Origin: the human T2T-CHM13v2.0 reference genome, Homo sapiens
Reading direction: 5' to 3' (one strand)
Length of the DNA: 64,000 nucleotides
Assembly: GCF_009914755.1 (NCBI RefSeq)
Contig: NC_060942.1
Part shown: positions 12,072 to 24,667 of the stretch, in pieces
How positions within the stretch are numbered: position 1 is the first letter of the stretch
Layout of the letters: the number at the start of each line of letters is the position of its first letter
The notes under the pieces: generated by a model
What the model saw: the letters and a program-made list of their open reading frames with translations, nothing else
Told to the model about the DNA's origin: nothing
The model's database searches: none
Program-made: the position numbers and the translations under genes

Positions 12072-12790
12072 TGTCAACCCTGAAAGATCCAGTCCTTCAA
12101 AATGGATCCTGGCCGGGCACAATGGTTCATGCCTGTAATCCCAGTGCTTTGGGAGACCAAGGCTGGAGGATCGATCACTTGAGACCAGGAGTTTGAGACC
12201 AGCCTGGGCAACATAGTGAGACCCCATCTCTATGAAAAATTTAAAAATTAGCTTGGCATGGTGGTGCATGTTTGTAGTCCCAGCTGCTCAGGAGGGTGAG
12301 GCAGTAGGATTGCTTGAGCCCAGGATTTCAAAGCTGCTGTGAACTACGCACTACTGTACTCCCACCTGGGTGACAGAGTGAGACCCTATCTCTAAAAAAT
12401 TAATAATAATAATAATAAAAAGATGAATTCTGAGTGGTTAACTGCACTTAAATTCAAAATAGAGCAAGCTCTATTCTATACCATGAGTTCCCAGAAAACC
12501 CACATTTGCATAACTTTGATACTTTTATAGCTGCCTGTTCCTGCTAACACCACCTGAACTAACCAGTAGGTTGTAGTTCAGTGACCTACAACAACCAATC
12601 ACAACTCAGCATTAACCAGTCAGAACTAAGCAAGTCTACATCCTTCATTTGCATAAGCAAATCAGAGTGGGAACCCAAGTAGGAACTTTCTCTATAAAAG
12701 ACAATTTCTCCCTTTGTTTTCTGGACTGCACTTTGATTTTTTGCTGAAGGCTGCATCTACCTGTTTTGCAAACTGTTCACTGGAATCTAT
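12072..12790 (+). mobile_element. ERV1-class solo LTR (MER89/MER90-type, family uncertain), interrupted by an Alu
   Basis: gaaagatccagtccttcaaaatggatcct|Alu|gagtggttaactg..., CCAAT, ttcatttgcataa, TATAAAA and ttgcaaactgttcactggaat. Confidence 0.6.
12111..12421 (+). mobile_element. AluJ (Jo/Jr-like)
   Basis: Full dimer with (AAT)n tail; diverged TSD aaaatggatcct / aagatgaattct. Confidence 0.9.
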
Positions 12791-13446
12791 GAAGCACTTC
12801 AGTACTTGGTCTTTCTAGTAGAAAAATTCTTTGGTTGAAAAAGTAAAATCCAAAGTTACTGCTTTAGCATCACCATCTAGCCCGGCTATTGTGGTTGGTG
12901 GGCCAGTCACACAATGACACTTGAAACGCCTCTCTGGAGAAGCACAGGGCCTCCTTCCACAGGGAATGGTGGACCCAATCCCCCGGTGCAAGCACTCCCA
13001 GGACTCATATGGTCCTTGTCCCACGAAATTTCAGAGGGCTAATTCCACCAGGCTCCGAAGTCCTGTGCTTTTTCTCATATAAAAAGACCCCATAGTACTT
13101 CCTGTGTATTTTTAAGCAGTAGTTTGCACCACCTATTTTTAAGTCCGACAGACAGGTCTGGGGGAAGTGTGACTTGCCACTAACAATGGCAGAATTGGGC
13201 CTGGACCCCACACGCCCCAAGGCAGCACCAGGGTCCTCCCGCAAAACAGACAGGCTGCTTCATTCCCCTCTCTTGGTGACAACAGCTTCATTCTTGACTC
13301 GCAGCAAACATTAACTCATAAAGCTCTGATAGGTTACTTGTCCATACCACAGCCACACCCATTATATTACAAATGAGGAAAACCGAGGTGCAGAGAGGAT
13401 CAACAACTTGGCTAAGTGCACGGAGCTAAATGTAAAACCAAGACCT

Positions 13447-13736
13447 GGCTGGGCGCGGTAGCTCACATCTGTAATCCCAGCACTTTGAGAGGCCAAGGTG
13501 GGCGGATCATGAGGTCAGAAGTTCGAGACCAGCCTGATCAAAATGGTGAAACCCCGTCTCTACTAAAAATACAAAATTTAGCCAGGCATGGTGGCGTGTA
13601 CCTATAATCCCACTACTCAGGACATTGAGGCAGGAGAATCACTTGAACCCAGGAGGCGGAAGTTACAGTGAACCGAGATCGTGCCACTGCACTCCAGCCT
13701 GGGTGACAGAGTAAGACTCCAACAACAACAAAAAAA
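13447..13736 (+). mobile_element. AluS (Sg-like) inserted next to a MIR fragment
   Basis: Full dimer, gatcatgaggtcagaagttcgagacc; aagacct repeated on both flanks. Confidence 0.9.
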
Positions 13737-14959
13737 GACCTCCCACCCTCAGACCAGCATATTTTTGTCTGCAACAAGCACCAGCATGCATGTGTAACAG
13801 ACAGGCCTGGTGTATCCCAGTGGCTCAGCAGAAAGGAGTGAAGACCCACTTTCTTAAAAACCTCAGAGCCCTCCAGAGACATGACATTATCCAATGTACT
13901 CCCTCTGGAAGAGCCCTGAGTTTCCTGAGCTATAAATATTGAGTCTTGTGAGGTTTCCTCTCAGAGCTAAGGTACAGCTAATGAAGTTTCACATCCGTGC
14001 TGAGTTTGACCTAAAAAAAAAAGTTTAAACTTTCAGGCCCATCAAAATGAGGAGCTTTTTCTTACCCCAATCTCAGTGAGCTAACAAGGCCTTTCAAGAA
14101 AGAAATTCCCACAAATGGAGACTGTTGAGGCATCGGTGGTTACTTCTGATCACCACAGAAACCCCCAAACTACTACATCCCTGGCTTCCACAGGGGCAGG
14201 GCTGCCTCACCCTCCTACTCCATCTTCTCCAAAGATGAGATGCTGCTGAGTCCACCAGCTTTTATCAACCATTCAGCACTCAAAGTCTACTCCCCTCACG
14301 TTTAACCCAACTTGGTTCCTTCGTGGTCTTCACTACTGCCAAGACCCAGTTTTTGGCAGCCTAGGAGATTTCAGTGGCTTAACATTTTTCCTCTTATCCC
14401 AACTTCTCAATGGCCTACAGCCCTCTGTTCTCTGCCATGATCCCAGGGAGTTCCATTTGAACATCTTGAAACCCCTCCTCGGTTTCTGTGGCAGGTGCTC
14501 TGCAGGCTAAACTCCCGGCCTCTCCCAGCACCTCACTCTCCACGGCCACTTTCACTTCTAAGATCTTTGTCTAAAGCTTTCAAGGAAATTAAAGGGCAAG
14601 CTAGTTACACAAAGTAATGTGACTTATGCCCTTTAGGCCCATCGCCTCCCCTGCTTTGCTGCCTATTCTCCCTAAATCTTTGCAACCTGATCAACCTGAC
14701 TGTCTGTCACCATCACATTAACCAAAACTGTATTCTTTAAGGTTAAATCTCAAGTGCTTTGTCTAACCACCCTGCTCTCATTTCTGAATAGCATTTGACA
14801 CAATTGACAACTCCCCCACCAACCCTTGCCCTCCCATGCATTCACACAGGTGCACACACAGGCACACAGACTTCCTTAAAATTATCTCCCTGGCTTTTGC
14901 AGCTTTCTCTGCAACCTTTCTGCCACCTCTCTCTCTCCAGTCTGATGATTTTCAAACCT

Positions 14960-15660
14960 TTCCCCTCAGAGGTTCTCCATCTCGACATATCTAAAACCAA
15001 ACTCATGGTCTTTCTTTAAGACCTACTATCCTGGGTCTTGAGTGTCATTACCATCTTCCAGCCCACCAGACTGGATACCAAGGAGTCATCTTTTTCTCCT
15101 TCCTATTCTCAACCCTCACATTTAATTAGTCCCCAAGTCCTGCCAATTCTTCCTTCTTAACATCCCCTATACTTATACCATCATCTTCATTATCACTCTA
15201 TTCTCTCCTTTCTAATTCATGTGGCCCATCTCTGCTAGATTAACCCCCTTAACACATCTGTCGAGCCTCATCAATGGTGACTCCTGTTTCCCATATGAAA
15301 CTAAAGTTCTTGCTCTAAACTTAAAATGCCTGAATATGCTGGTCCTATCCTGCTCAGTCACCCTGATTTCCCATTACTCTAAAGCATGAATTCTTTGCTG
15401 CAGTCAAGCTCTACTTGTTACATTTCTCCCTTCATGCTGATGAACATGATTTGCACTGACACCACCACCAGGTTGCTGATCCTTCTCTCTGCATGGAAAG
15501 CACCCTGCTCCATTCCACTTTGCCTCATCTTATTCCTGCAGGGCCCTGTTCAACCATCACTTCCTCCCTCAGGGCAGTTGGTGACTCCTGGACACCCCAA
15601 TCTTGTCTCTAATTCTTTTTGCTCTCTCTGCTGATGCATCTTATATTAGTACATAGTGCT
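14960..15660 (+). mobile_element. L2 fragment
   Basis: acatatctaaaaccaaactcat...ggagtcatctttttctcc...ccaagtcctgccaattcttccttcttaacatc, typical of the L2 3' region. Confidence 0.65.
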
Positions 15661-15662
15661 AA

Positions 15663-16082
<420 letters not shown>

Positions 16083-16299
16083 AAAAATTATTTTTAATGG
16101 TCTGTACCAGTGACAGGCTTGAGGGTAGGAAGAAGGATTCTGGTTTTCTCATAATCCCCCTCAGCCATCCCTCCCATTCTTTAACATGAACAAATGATAT
16201 TTCTTCAATTTTAGGTAAAAGCTATGGAGCCAATACAGGTGCAGCATTCCCTTCTACCCATTGGCAATTCTGGAACTTCCCTTGCTCTGTTAATAGACC

Positions 16300-16745
16300 A
16301 AAAAGAAAAAGTTGTTATTATGTTGAGTATTTACTGACCACAATGTAATCCAGTTAGAAATCCACAACAAATAGATAACCACAAAAAACATCTGAAAACA
16401 GATTTTCAAATAACTCCCAAGCTTGATAAGAAATACAAGAAAATTACAAACTGTTTACAACTCAAGAACACTACATGACAAAACTTATGGGATGCAGCCA
16501 AAGTGGTACTTAGAAGCCAATGAATAGCAGTAAACAAGTTTATTAGCACAAAAGATTGAAGTTAAATGAACTTAACTTTCAAATCAGGAAGTGCAAAAAC
16601 AACAACAACAAAATTATCCAAGGAAAGTAGACGAAAGGAAGTAAAAATAATTTTAAAAGAAATCATAAATTAATCAACAAAAACAATGCTTGTCCTTTGA
16701 CGAGACGAATCTTTGGTAAATTTCACTAAGAAAGAGAGAAAGTAT
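16300..16745 (+). mobile_element. Old L1M ORF2 fragment
   Basis: ctgaccacaatgtaatccagttagaaatc and aaaacttatgggatgcagccaaagtggtacttaga. Confidence 0.75.
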
Positions 16746-16779
16746 ACAAACACGTTGAGCCTGAGAAAAGCAGGAAGCT

Positions 16780-17000
16780 AAATTTCAGCCTGAATTTCAG
16801 TTACAAAGCAGGAAACTGTGCAGTCTCAGGCAAGTTTCTTAACTACTCAACACAGACCCACCATCTGCAAAATACAGGTAACAAAAAAAGCAATTCCTAA
16901 CTCAAAAGTTGCTGTCACAATTAGATGAGATAGCATATGCAAAGGACGTAGCACAATGTCTGGCTCACAGAAACAGAAAATAAATAGTGCTATCATAATG
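16780..17000 (+). mobile_element. MIR
   Basis: ggcaagtttcttaac...ccatctgcaaaat...tagcacaatgtctggctcacag. Confidence 0.7.
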
Positions 17001-17403
17001 GCATTTTAATGTCATAAACCTAAATGAATAGAGTAGTAGGTCTTAGTCCTGGGTTTGCATCAGGATTAACTGTGATGATTTTTAAAATTCATGTTGAATG
17101 ATTATTTTTATTATTGGGAAAGTCTAATTTTCTCATCACAGGAATCATTTTTTAATTCACCAAACTCTATTGTCAACACAACTGTGTTCCATAGATACAC
17201 CCAAACTTGGAGATTTCTGATTCTGTCAAATTTTTCCCCAGGCATTTCTTTTCTGATTTCTTCCCATGCAAGCTTCAAGGATGGGAAAGTCTGACACTGG
17301 AAAATTTTCCAACTTTTTCTTTTTCATTTCTTATTCCTTATGAACACGACTCCATATTCAATGGTTAGATCGGGCACCAAAATATATCACTCAAAAAAAA
17401 AAG

Positions 17404-17810
17404 GTGTTTTAGTTTGGGTTTCCTTAGAAGCAATCCCTCAGACAAGAGTCTTGGAACATGCAGTTTATTTGGGAAGTGTTCTCAGGAAGCATAGTATACT
17501 GGCTAGTGGGAAATTGAGCAAAGTAAGCAAAGGAAGCCAATAAAGTTATGAATGCCCAGGTTGCCACTGTGGGAAATTGAGGCCCAATGCCTTTGAGGGC
17601 CTCTGGGACAGCGAGTAGGACACACCTCAGATTTATCCTACTCAGGGAATGAGGAAGCTTAACCACCAACTTTCATTTGGCTTGGGTTGAGGGGGGCTCT
17701 TGAGCAATTCACTCCAGTGGCAGGGAAAGCCCTCAAGCAGAATCATGTTTCCTTGCAGGAGGAAGCCATTGGCCTTTTGGAGACTCAAGGGGCTATGGGC
17801 ATCTGCTACA
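17404..17810 (-). mobile_element. ERVL LTR (LTR33-like)
   Basis: ttagtttgggtttccttagaagcaatccctcagacaag...gtttatttgggaagtg...catctgctaca. Confidence 0.65.
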
Positions 17811-18398
17811 GAAGCCAACCAATGTCAACCCAATGCTCATGCCTAGGGTAGTTTGTGTCCACATTGAGGGGTGAGCAACATACTTTGGAAATTCTTTCAT
17901 GCTTCCCTTCTACGCCAGATTACCTTTTATTTAACCATCCTAGTCTTTAGGAAGCTCTTCACAAAAATGAAAAGATTTGTGCTTTTTAATAAAAGGACTT
18001 GGAATTTAATATAAGTGATCTACAGGGTGCTTCATGACATACATGCTACTAATTGCTCCCTTACCTTTTGTGTTACCCTGTTTCAAAATTATTGTTTCTT
18101 AAAAAAAAAAAAAAAAAAAAAAAAACAACAACAACAATAATCACAGAGTTATCTATGTGATTGGATGGTGCATGTGATCAGGGTACCATAGAAGGGCATG
18201 ATATGGGGAGGTTCCAGCACATTCAGCAATTCATACGCCATGCTCAGAGATCTTCAAGAGTATTTGCAACCTTTTTAAAATTAATCTTCACAGAACTTCT
18301 AATAGCAAAAATAGCACTCACATATTTTTTGCTTTTAGGATTCTCTCAGAAGTCTCTCATCACTCTAATTCATTTTTTCATAGCTTCTGCTATAATTT

Positions 18399-18710
18399 AT
18401 TTTATTTTATTTTACTTCATTTCAGTTTTGAGAGGTTAATCTCACTCTCTCACCTAGGCTGGAGTACAGTGCTGCAACCTCAGCTCACCACAACCTCTGC
18501 CTCAGGTTCAAGCGACTCTCCCACCTCAGCCTCCTGAGTAGCTGAGATTACAGGCATGCACCACCACACCCAGCTAATTTTTGTATTTTTAGTAGAGACA
18601 GGATTTCCCAATATTGGCCAGGCTGGTCTCGAACTCCTGACCTCAGGTGATCCACCTGCCTTGGCCTCCCAAACTATTAGGATTGCAGGTGTGAGCCACT
18701 GTGCTCGGCC
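18399..18710 (-). mobile_element. AluS inserted in the 5' tip of an MST LTR
   Basis: Full dimer; 14-bp TSD ttctgc(t/c)ataattt at 18385-18398 and 18711-18724. Confidence 0.9.
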
Positions 18711-18713
18711 TTC

Positions 18714-19034
18714 TGCCATAATTTAAATGTGTGCCCTCCAAAATTCAGGAGTTGCCAATGTGATAGTATTAAGAGGTAGGGCCTCTAAACGATGATTAGG
18801 TCATGAGAACTCCCTGGTAAATAACCTTAAGGCCTTTATAAAAGAGGCTTCAGTCAGCCTTCAGTTTCTCTTGCCTTCCTGTCATGTGAGGATACAGGAA
18901 GAAGGTCCTCACCAGATGCTGGTGCCTTGATCTTGGGCTTCCCAGCCTCAAGAACTGTGAGAAATGAGCTTCTGTTTTTTATAAACTAGCCAGCCTTGGG
19001 GATTCTGTTAGAGCAGCACAAGCAGACTAAGATA
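18714..19034 (+). mobile_element. MaLR solo LTR (MSTC-like)
   Basis: ccctccaaaattcagg..ttgccaatgtgatagtattaagagg start, gactaagata end; 5-bp TSD gcttc at 18383-18387 and 19035-19039. Confidence 0.8.
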
Positions 19035-19499
19035 GCTTCCTTACAAGACCAGGAATGTAGATGTCCCCACTTTCATATTGAAACACTGAGGCATAGAGAG
19101 GTAAAATAAATTGCGAGAGGTAGCAACAGATCTCTATTATCATCCTCACTTCACAGGACTGTTGTTTCCTCTGCTGAAGAGCTGGCTTTGGCTGAATTCT
19201 CTCACCAGCTTTTGGCAACGTCAGATCTGAGCATGATGGCCCATCCCAGTAGAAGCAAAGCCATAGCTTGTTGTGGGGACAGAGGTAAGTTCTGAGCGTC
19301 ATCAGTGAGCCTGGGGACATGTGATGTGCCTTGGAGTAAACTGGACTCACTTGATAAATAAAGATATAAAAACTTCTATTTCTCAATGAAGGTTTTACTT
19401 CACTTCAAGGACCTAGACAGTCTCAGTTGCTTAAACCACATCCAGAAGGCCCCATGGGAAGTGTCTTCACAGTCAGGTTAAAAGCTTTCTGCTGCACAG

Positions 19500-19878
19500 T
19501 GAGACACCATCCAGCAAAGGGAATGAACATGCTCAACTTTAAGCAACAATAGGGATGAATCTCACCACCGTATTGTTGTGCAAAAGAAGCCAGACTCCAA
19601 AGTAGACATGCTGCTTGCTTCCATGTGTATAACACTCAAAAACAGGAAAAACCAAAAATTCTGTTAAAAGTCAGCATAATCATTATTCTTATACAGAGTC
19701 GTCGATGACAGAAAATGGGTATTTGGAGACTTTTAGGGATATGGTGGTATTCTGTTTCTTGATCTGGATGTTGGTTTCACATACCTACAGAAAGCGAACA
19801 AATCGAAGTGTTCAATTTGTGAAAATATATAAATCTGTACACTAATGATTTGTTCACTTTCTGTATGTATGGTATATA
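19500..19878 (+). mobile_element. L1ME-type 3' end fragment
   Basis: ggatgaatctca...aaaagaagccagactccaaag...ttctgtttcttgatctgg. Confidence 0.7.
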
Positions 19879-19879
19879 C

Positions 19880-20912
19880 TTTTTAAGTAGACTACATTTT
19901 CAGAAAAATTGAGTGGAAAGTACAGAGTTCTCACTCTGCCCCCTGCCCCTACACACGCAGTACACCCTGCCCCTACACACGCAGGGGGCAGAGTGAGAAC
20001 TCTGTACACGCAGTACTACACACGCAGGGGGCAGAGTGAGAACTCTGTACACGCAGTACTACACACGCAGTATTACACACACAGTACTACACACGCAGGG
20101 GGCAGAGTGAGAATTCTGTACATGCAGTACTACACACGCAGGATTACACACGCAGTACACAGGCAGAACTCTGTACACATGCCCCTGCATATGCAGTACA
20201 CCCTGTGCCACACACGCACAGCCTTTCCCATTATCAACATCCCCACCAGCGTGATGAATTTTTTACAATTCATGAGTCTGCATTGACACATCATTATCAC
20301 CCAAAGTCCATAGTGTACATTAGGATTCACACTTGGTGCTATACATTCTATATGTATACAGACATCCCTCCTCCATTGTAGCATCATACAGAGTCATTTC
20401 ATGGCTCTAAAAATCCTCTGTGCTCCATTGATTCACCCCTTTCTTCCCCCTAGCCCCCAACAACTACTAAATCTTTTACTGCCTCCATAGTTTTTCCTTT
20501 TCCAAAATGTAATATAGTTGGAATCATAAAATATGTAGCCTTTTCAGATTGGCTTCTTTCACTTAGTCATATGCATTTAAGTTTTCTCTATGTCTTATCA
20601 TGGCTTGATAGCTCATTTCTTTTTAGTGCTGAATAATATTCCATTGTCCATATGTACCACAGTTTATTTATCCATTCACAGACTGTAGGACGTCTTGGTT
20701 GCTTTCATGTTTTGGCAATTATGAATAAAGTTTCTGTAAACATGCACGTGAAGGTTTTTGTGTGAACATAAGTTTTCAACTCACTTGAGTAAGTACTGAG
20801 GAATACAATTGCTGCATCATATAATAAGAGTATGTTTAGTTTTTTAAAAAATTGCCAAACCATCTTTCACAATGGCTATACTACTTTCCGTTTCCATCAG
20901 CAATGAATGAGG
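19880..20912 (-). mobile_element. L1MC1/2-type 3' end with an internal complex expansion
   Basis: aaaattgagtggaaagtacagagttc, cattgacacatcattatcacccaaagtccatag and ttttcagattggcttctttcacttag. Confidence 0.85.
19920..20220. repeat. Complex inverted/direct minisatellite
   Basis: 27-mer at 19920-19946 with inverted copies at 19981, 20024 and 20095, interleaved with tacacacgcagtac units. Confidence 0.95.
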
Positions 20913-21535
20913 GTTGTATATTTTAATTAAAACTTTTTTTAAAAAAAAAGTTGAAAAATACAAACAAAAGCCCACTCCCAAATCCAAATAAATTGAGAAT
21001 ATTTAAAAGAATGTGCCACAGATTCTAAATACAAATCTAAAAAGTTTTCAAAAATATTTTGATCAAAAGGAATGTCCTTAGAATATAAATAAGTACATAG
21101 CCCCCCATTTGAGCCTCACTGGGGTGTGTGTTCAAGCAGGCTTATTAAAACCACAGTGAGAGTTGGTATACTTTGGGGTCACAACAGGGCAGACCCACCA
21201 AATCCAAATGAAGCTTTCAGTTCCTACTAGACCCTTGAGACCTGTGTAGACACAGCCTTTAGCCAAATGGCTTGTCTTCTCAGTGTAAGGCAGGTGAATA
21301 ACTGAAGTCCTCTGACTTCAAACCACATATTTAGATGTCAAATTCTTTCTTACTATTTGCTATTTGGAAAGTATGTAATGCACCCCTCCACCTTAAAAAA
21401 AAAAGTTATTATTTTCTGTTTGTGACAATGAGCTATCCAAAGGAGAGAAAGGCAACCAGGCACAAAACTTGCAGCACGTGAGCTTCTACAGAGCATTTGA
21501 GGTTGAGAGGTTATCCTCCTTGGTTACAGATAGAG

Positions 21536-22475
21536 CAGGGGTCCCCAGCTCCCGGGCCATGGATTGGTACCAGTCCTTGGCCTGTTAGGAGGCAGGCTCC
21601 ACAGCAGGAGGTGAATGGTGGTTGAGCAAAGCTTCATCTGCATTTACAGCTGCTCCTCACTGCTTGCATTACCTTCTGAGCTCCACCTCCTGTCAGATCA
21701 GCAGCAGCATTAGATTCTCACAGGAGCACAAACCCTGCACATGTGAGGGTTCCAGATTGCCTGCTCCTTATGAGAATCTAATGCCTCATGATCTGAGGTG
21801 GAGCTGAGGTTGTGATGCTAGTGCTGGGAAGTGGCTGCACACACAGATTAACAACAGTAGGGAGGTTTGACTGCACAGAGACCATAATAAATCAACTGCT
21901 TGCAGATTCATATTAAAACCCTATCAGTGAGTGGCAAGTGACAATTACGCTGCATCTGGTGGCAGACTTTATAGTGGCAAGTGAGTTGATGTACTTCAAT
22001 TGTACGGCTGCATCTGGTGGCCTTAAAAGTATGTTTGAGACAACTTCAAATCTCCATACGATCTGGATTAAACTCAAAGTTAGAATATCCTGAGATTGCC
22101 ACAGAAGCACTGAAAAGCCTGCTTCCATTCCCAACATCTTATCTTTGTGAGGCAGGGTTTTCTGCAGTGACAGCAACCAAAATGAGATGATGGAATAGGC
22201 TAGACATAAACAACACACTTCAGCTGTCACTGTCTCCCATCAGCCCCAGATTGGACTGCCTAGTTGCAGGAAAACAAGTTCAGGGCTCCCACTGATTCTA
22301 CATGATAGTGAATTGTGTAATTATTTCACTATATATTACAATGTAATAATAATAGAAATAAAGTGCACAATAAATGTAATGTGCTTGAATAATCCCAAAA
22401 CCGTCTCTCCCTCCACCTACCACCCGGTCAGTGGAAAATTTGTCTTCCTGATGCCAAAAAAATTGAGGACCGCTG
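21536..22475 (+). mobile_element. hAT-Charlie element (Charlie3/MER1-type internal deletion derivative)
   Basis: TIRs caggggtcccc / gaggaccgctg; 8-bp TSD agatagag / agatggag; transposase remnant LLPFPTSYLCEAGFS at 22083-22295. Confidence 0.9.
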
Positions 22476-22889
22476 AGATGGAGGGCATCCGTTTCTTGAA
22501 ATATAAGTTAGAAACAAAAGTAACAGTAATTCTGTGGTTTGTAGTATACCTTTAACTTTGCAAAGGGTTGGCATATCCACTTAAGCACTCATTCAATGTG
22601 CCTTTACTATAGAGTCATATTTTATGAGAAGCAATAGGTTCTGAAGAAAGTACATAAGGTCAACATTGCCCTTATGAATTCCTTAAGTAATTGTGCAACA
22701 TACATGGTCTATGCATTCACAGAGTTGGCTCATGTTTAGACACCACGCTGTACAAACATGTGGCTTTAAATGCTGGGCTGATGATCACACCCAGCACCAC
22801 AAGATGCTCACTCTAAGCAGCAAAGGGGACAGAGACAGACAAAAGAAAACCATGAATTGAGTCTCCTGTCTCACCCTCTCTCACCAGAG

Positions 22890-23105
22890 CCGGGGTCCAC
22901 ACACTTTTTCTGAAGAGAACCAGAGAGCAAATATTTTAGGCTTTGTGGTCTCTGTCACAAGTCTTCAAGTCTGCCACTGTAGCACAAAAGCAGCCATGGG
23001 CAATAAGTAAATGAATGGGCATGGCCATGTTCCAATAAAACTTTATTTCCAAAAGCAGACAGTGGGCAGGGTTTGGCCCACAGCCTATAGTTTGCAGCCT
23101 GTTCT
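22890..23105. mobile_element. MER58A-like MITE
   Basis: aaatattttaggctttgtgg...tgtagcacaaaagcagcca...gttccaataaaactttattt. Confidence 0.85.
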
Positions 23106-23319
23106 TCTTGACATATACCCATTGCCTGGGATTGGCAGCAGAGTTGCAGGCACTATTTAGATTGTTTTCTTTCTCTATTTCTCTATGCAGCTAAAGTTAC
23201 AGAAATGAAATACACAGATGATGCAAGTCTATTATACTGAACATCTGTGTCAGGAGCCATGTGGGGTGCTGAGACATAGGGAGAACAATATCTTGCCCTC
23301 ACAGGGGTCTTAGATGACT

Positions 23320-23715
23320 GTTAGCTATCCATCAAAGGTTCACAGTTCTTCTCCTTTTGTCCTGTAGAGTTGTCTCTGGGGTGCAGCTGCTTGTGGCCTC
23401 CTTTGCATCAGGTGGAACTGTGTGACTGTCCTCACCAGTGAAATGTGAGCAGAAGTAACATGAGCCACTCATAGCCAAGATGGTTAAGAAAGAGCTGTGC
23501 TCCTCCACACATTCATCCAATTTTCTGGCTGGATTTATACAACTCCAAGGGTCTAAGGAATGACAGAGCCACAAGATAGAAGGAACTTGGGTCTCTGGAT
23601 TCCTAAATGAAGATGCCCATCAATCAAGTGGTTGATAAATGTATTTCTATTGTAAACCTCTAAAACTTGGGGGTTTTAATTGTCATGGCCACTAGCAGTA
23701 CCTTAACTAGAACAA
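23320..23715 (+). mobile_element. Old MaLR LTR (MLT1H/I-like) within L2
   Basis: gaaatgtgagcagaagt, agagccacaagatagaaggaacttgggtc, and end ccttaactagaaca. Confidence 0.65.
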
Positions 23716-23879
23716 TGGTCCAGCAGAGAGCATAAACCATGAAAACTGTCATCACTTAGGGCAGTGAAAGCCATATAAACAATGTGCTGGGAGGGTACTG
23801 AGAAGGAGTGATGGGAGAGCAACTTCTACCTGAGAATTCATGCAAGATACATCAAGAGTCAGTGGGTCTGGAAGGATCA

Positions 23880-24025
23880 GTTAATCCATCTTCACAAACG
23901 ATCCTTTTGACATAATAGAACTCTAAGGTTCAGAGAGGTTAAATGACTTGGGCAAAGTCACTAACCTGTCATTGGCAGAGTCAGAACTCCTGACTCAACT
24001 CTGGTTCTCTTTTCCCTGCATGACA
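23880..24025 (-). mobile_element. MIR
   Basis: aaggttcagagaggttaaatgacttgggcaaagtcac. Confidence 0.65.
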
Positions 24026-24640
24026 CTGTCTCAAACCCATAATCTGGAAGACTGATGGGACGGGCCAGAGAAGAGTTTGACCAGAAGCTGCATCCTCTCC
24101 ACCAGACAGCTAGTGTCCTGCTTCCAGAGGCAATCCTACTCAGGGATTCATGAATAAACCAGCTCCTTTCCTTCCTCAGGGTCCAAGCAAATCAGGACAC
24201 AGGAACTTAGGCTGTAGGAAGGGTCTGATCCACAGGGCGGAAGTGCTCCCTGCAGCGAGACATCCATGCCCACCGCAGAGGCTGACTGACCCACTCACCA
24301 TCCACCAGCAAGACAGGCAGCATGGGAGTCGGAAGGCAGACAAGAAAATGGAGCACGGCGGGGGCTGGGGGTGGGGGAGAGATTAATGGTTTCTATTTTT
24401 TACCATGAAAAAAGATTTTTGACATATTAAGTAGAAGAATTTAATACATCTGCACACACCCCAAAGCCAGTTTCCCTAATGTGGCTCTTCCTGGCTCCAA
24501 CATTCTTCCTGGTGAGAGAAACGGCCCACACTTCACCTTGCTTTTTCTCTCCCTTGAGCATCTCAAAAGCAGATTTCTTCTTTTCTCCTATTGAAACAAC
24601 CAGGCCTTGGCTCAAATTCACCACAGGGTGAATAAGTACA

Positions 24641-24667
24641 TACACACACACACACACACACACACAC
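24641..24667. repeat. (CA)n microsatellite
   Basis: Seen directly. Confidence 0.95.

Noticed and set aside
18101-18136. Solo poly(A) run as a processed-pseudogene tail
   Set aside because: No recognisable upstream body, poly(A) signal or convincing TSD.
19909-20286. 125-aa repetitive ORF and a CRISPR-like repeat/spacer look
   Set aside because: Human L1-embedded repeat. The apparent spacers are themselves repeated units, and there are no cas genes.
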